From: Vitrella brassicaformis CCMP3155
Taxonomy: Eukaryota; Protista; Chromerida
Direction of reading: 5' to 3'
NCBI GenBank assembly: GCA_001179505.1
Contig: CDMY01000390.1
Coordinates: 25,342-89,341 of the forward strand
Length of the DNA: 64,000 nucleotides
In this document: one piece after another, positions 60,304 to 64,000 of the stretch
Position numbering within the stretch: the stretch's first letter is position 1
How the letters are laid out: each line of letters begins with the position of its first letter
Made by a program: the position numbers and the translations under genes
The notes under the pieces: generated by a model
Told to the model about the DNA's origin: nothing
The model's database searches: none
Seen by the model: only the letters and a program-made list of their open reading frames with translations

Positions 60304-61839
60304 ACGTGCCTCAAGAGGTCGATGAGCCCGGACGAGGTGGACTCATCCCCCAATGTCTTAAAACCCTCATCCAATGCAACGGTATGCTGCAAGATGCCGC
60401 TTCCACTCCATCTCCCCTCCCCACACCATTGCCCGCATCCATTTGTCTGTTGTGTTGTGTTGTGTGTTGTATTGCCGTTCGTCGATCCATCAGCATCTCC
60501 TCACGACCCCGATTTCGCCACGAAGGTGTATCGGAATACCCTGCAGCTGCTGCGGTCCGACCCGCCAGCCCACGGGGGTCAGATGGCCGGCAAGGGTCAG
60601 GGCATCATATGGGCATTCCGCCACCCCACCGGCGAGCTCATCGACAGGCTCAACCTGTGCACCATGGACGGGCAGCAGCAGCTGTACGTGCTGGCCAAGG
60701 AGTTCACGGCCGTCATGCTGCGCGACCAGGCCATGCCCAAGGAGTTCCGGGGCATGGCTGTCGTCATGGTCAGGGACGGCATGAGGAACAGGAGAGGGAG
60801 TGCGTATTACACATACGTCCCTATACGCATTGGGGCTATGTCGTCCCAATACGCATTCGCTATGCACGTCATCAGAGAGGTCGGACAGCACAGCGCAGCG
60901 CACGCACAGGGTGGTTGATGTGCCTGAGTGTCATTATTGGGTGTGTGCGTCATTGGGGGTGGCTGTGTGTCAGTTCTACGACCGCATCCACCAGGCGCCC
61001 TTGTTGGCCCAGGCGCTGCACGGCATCATCTTGGGGCGCGGCAAGCAGCGCGGGGACCTCGACGGCTACGCCCTCCTCAACGACGATCGCACGGGCAAGC
61101 TGCGGGACCTCTTCCAGGACCCTCGCTATCGGAAACTCGCCACTACACACTTCCCTGCCCTGCCGTAAGCCACCCGACAGACAGACAGACAGACACCACA
61201 CACAACGACCACATCGACCATCACATGTGTTGTGCTGTGTGTTGTGTTGCGTCGTGGGTGTGTTTGTGTCTGTGTCAGTCCGGGTATTCATCCCCCTCCC
61301 CCCAGGCACCCTGACCACACCCCCACCGCCGCGCAGGGGCCACCCCCCCAGACACAACAACAACAGCAGCTGCAACAGCAGCAGCAGCAGCAGCATGCGG
61401 CCCCGGTCCACGCCTAGCCCACACCCGCGCCCGTGAGGATGCAGCCTTTCCAGCAGGCCCACATCCCTTCTGGTGGCAACAACACCAACGCCGGAGGCAA
61501 CAACACCAACGGGCGATCACCATCCCCGCCGACACAGCTCACAGCGAAGCCAAAGCAGCCACAGGGTGGCGGTGGCGTGCAGCGGCCCGCTGCTGCCGCT
61601 GCTGCTGGTGGTGGCAGTTCTGCGTCATTTGGCATCACTGTAGTGCAGCACAACGCCGCTGGTGGCGGCGGGGGAGGGGGAGGGGGAAGGGTGCTCCCCC
61701 TTGGCCGCGGCAGGGGTATCGACATGAACTTCACGCCAAACAACAACAACAACACCAACTCACAGGCCACAGGTGGGTCGTTAGCACACAAAATCACAGC
61801 ACACACACGCGCAGATGACCAGGGAGAAAAGCGAAACCA

Positions 61840-61896
<57 letters not shown>

Positions 61897-62438
61897 TACC
61901 ATGCCTGTGTATGTGGCAATCAACAGGGCCCGGAGCTGGACGTGGCGCCCACCTCAACACCCCAGCCTGGTTGCCGCCCACTGTGGAGCAGCAACGCCGC
62001 AGCGCGCTGCGGCGAATGCTGGAGCGGATGCCCATGGCCGAGGGCCTGCGCAACGGCTCAATGCCTCCATCCTTCAGAAAGCGGTGCTTCGAGCTCTTCC
62101 CCGACCTGCAGAATAGCGTGGAGCGGCTGCAGCAGCTGCTCGACCAAGAGACGACAAGGATGCAGTAGGAGCAGCAGTCGGAGATTCCCCAGACGGCAAG
62201 AAGGCAGCAGGAGCAGCAGTCGGAGCACCCCCAGGGCTCACCTAGACGGACACACGCGACATGGCGACATGGCGGGTGGCAGTGTGGGGACCATCGACAG
62301 CACGGAGACGACTACACTGAGGAGGAAACGGGTGAAGAGGAGGAGGGGGCAGCCATCGTGGGGGAAGCAGATGACGAGCCGGCTGCGAAGGAGTCGGGGG
62401 CAGATGAGATGTCGGGCAGCAGTAGGCAGGCTGGCTGA
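60304..62438 (+). CDS. Spliced Gln/Gly/Asn-rich reading frame interrupted by two in-frame TAG codons (61415, 62166)
   Basis: In-phase exons DVPQEV..IQCN|ASPHDPDF..GMAVVM|FYDRIHQ..FPAL|PPGIHP..QQQQHAAPVHA*PTPAPVRMQPFQQ..QAT|GPGAG..TTRMQ*EQQSEIPQ..EEETGEEEEG..RQAG* (TGA 62436-62438). Confidence 0.55.
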
Positions 62439-64000
62439 GAGCGAGGGAGGGAGGGGGCAGGGAGGGATGTGTACGGGTGGGTGTGTTTTGTCAGTACATC
62501 AGAGACTTAATGCCAGTGCTTGGGGTGTGGGCGTAGGTCCGGTCCATTCATGTCATTTGTGTGTCAGGGATGTGTGGCCTGCTGGGCCAACTGGCCTGAT
62601 TGATTGATTGATGTTTTAAGTAGCGATGACCGCACCAACTCACACCTTTATATCCACCTTTATATACGCCATTGTATACATGGATGCCGCGCCTGCATGC
62701 CTATGTTATGCCCCTCTCCGTGGGCCCTTTTGGCCAATCTAGTATTATGTATACGGTCCATCGACGACCTTCCCGTGAGAGATGAGAGAGTCCGACACAC
62801 TGGTATGGTCACGAGGACGCTCGACACCCACACAGATTGTGTCGGCCGGTGCATGTGTGTTGTGTTGTGGTGTGTGCGTATGGACTCTTCAGCAGTTTTA
62901 CGTTGTCTTTATATCAACACCGATAACAACACCAACACGCGTCACACATCAGCGGTCAATGGCGACACTCCCCCCCACCCACGGTCGCCCTACCGACCAG
63001 CCATCATCCAACATTCTGCGCAGACAGACAGACAGACAGACCGACCGACCATTCATATTGCACGTGCAAGCGTCAGCCACAGAACGCACGAATTGCATTT
63101 ATCGACAAGCACGACACGCATGAGGTTATTTACCTGCGTAGTGAGTGGATGGGTGACGACCATGCCGCGGGCAGTGCAACGGACGGACGATGTGGGTGTG
63201 AGGACTGACAGACAGTGAACTGATTCAATCGGCCGTGGCACAACAAGTGCACCAACGATAGAGGGAGATCCGTGCCATCTCTAGCCTGGCACGTGTCTGT
63301 CTGTCTGTCTGTCTGTCCCTGTTTATCTCCAGCTCACAGGTAGCCCTCCACACACACACCCCATGGGCACACAGGCACCATGCACCAGGTCGTTGACACC
63401 TACTGAGTCAAGTTGCTGCCAAGTCGTCAAGTTAAGTCAGGTTAAATTTCTCTGTCTACCGTCAAATGAGCTCTCGGCGGCTCGGCCCATCATGGCTCGC
63501 TCAACACACACGAACCCGCGCGATGAGGGAGCCGAAAGAAGACACCAACACACAGCACTGTCTTGAAAGCCAACACGCATCTATGCAGTTGTCGATGCCC
63601 GTCCGCCAAAACGGGTCCGCCGTTCGATGGATGCAGCCAGCCAGCCAGTCAGTCAGTCGGTCACGCACACTTGATCCACTCACTCTGCCCGCTCATCCAC
63701 TCACTCGGCAGCAGGCATACAGGCAATACTGCGAGGCATCTGTTCTCTCTCAAGTCGATACGATCGGCTTACCGCACACACCGCAAAAAAAAGGGAGGCT
63801 CTTGAAGCCTAGTCATGCATGCATCTATCACGCCCCCTCGTCACTGTCCCTCGCCCATTCCCTCTTGCTCATGGAGGCCCCGCTCCCCTTCTCCCTCCCT
63901 CCCTCCCTCCCTCCCAACGAGAGACAGAGAGAGTCAGACATGCCTGTCCGTCCCGTGCTATGGTCACTTGTGGTCGTCTGACTCGATGGGGAGAGAGATG

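Noticed and set aside
48812-62168. Genome-wide reassignment of TAG to Gln
   Set aside because: BBS7 (48812) ends in TAG at the position expected from homologs, the helicase also appears to end in TAG (33562), and conserved genes such as RPA1 contain no in-frame TAG.
62440-64000. ORFs at the right end of the window
   Set aside because: Microsatellite-rich, no recognisable domain, no convincing exon chain.
1-64000. Cys/Val-rich or His/Thr-rich ORFs (CVCVCV, THTHTH) and tRNA/rRNA genes
   Set aside because: These ORFs are translations of intronic (TG)n/(CA)n microsatellites; no cloverleaf or rRNA-like sequence was recognised.

Overview
Intron-rich, GC-rich eukaryotic (alveolate-like) genomic DNA. 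The intron style, with (CA)n/(TG)n/(GGAT)n tracts, plus a BBSome gene and lineage-specific repeat families, points to a chromerid such as Vitrella brassicaformis (inference). Recognisable genes: RNA polymerase I largest subunit (RPA1, 9690-21239), METTL4-like MT-A70 methyltransferase, ankyrin + atypical FYVE protein, RTEL1/FANCJ-like Fe-S helicase, TPM/MOLO-1-like membrane protein (plus a duplicated two-exon fragment), a GYF-domain protein and BBS7. The window opens with three paralogs of an F-box-like family, two of them head-to-head and some frameshifted. The most unusual structure is 39736-57820: a shuffled array of DnaJ (HPD) exon modules whose arms form a large inverted repeat enclosing BBS7. 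Other signals: a spliced Gln-rich frame broken by two TAG codons, at least one where CAG is expected (61415, 62166); introns with complementary CA/UG arms; GC-AG introns; and an AGCTCGC motif recurring in divergent promoters. Three 300-N gaps limit certainty, two of them inside the repeat array. Exon boundaries were read by eye and homologies are from recalled family motifs, with no database searches.
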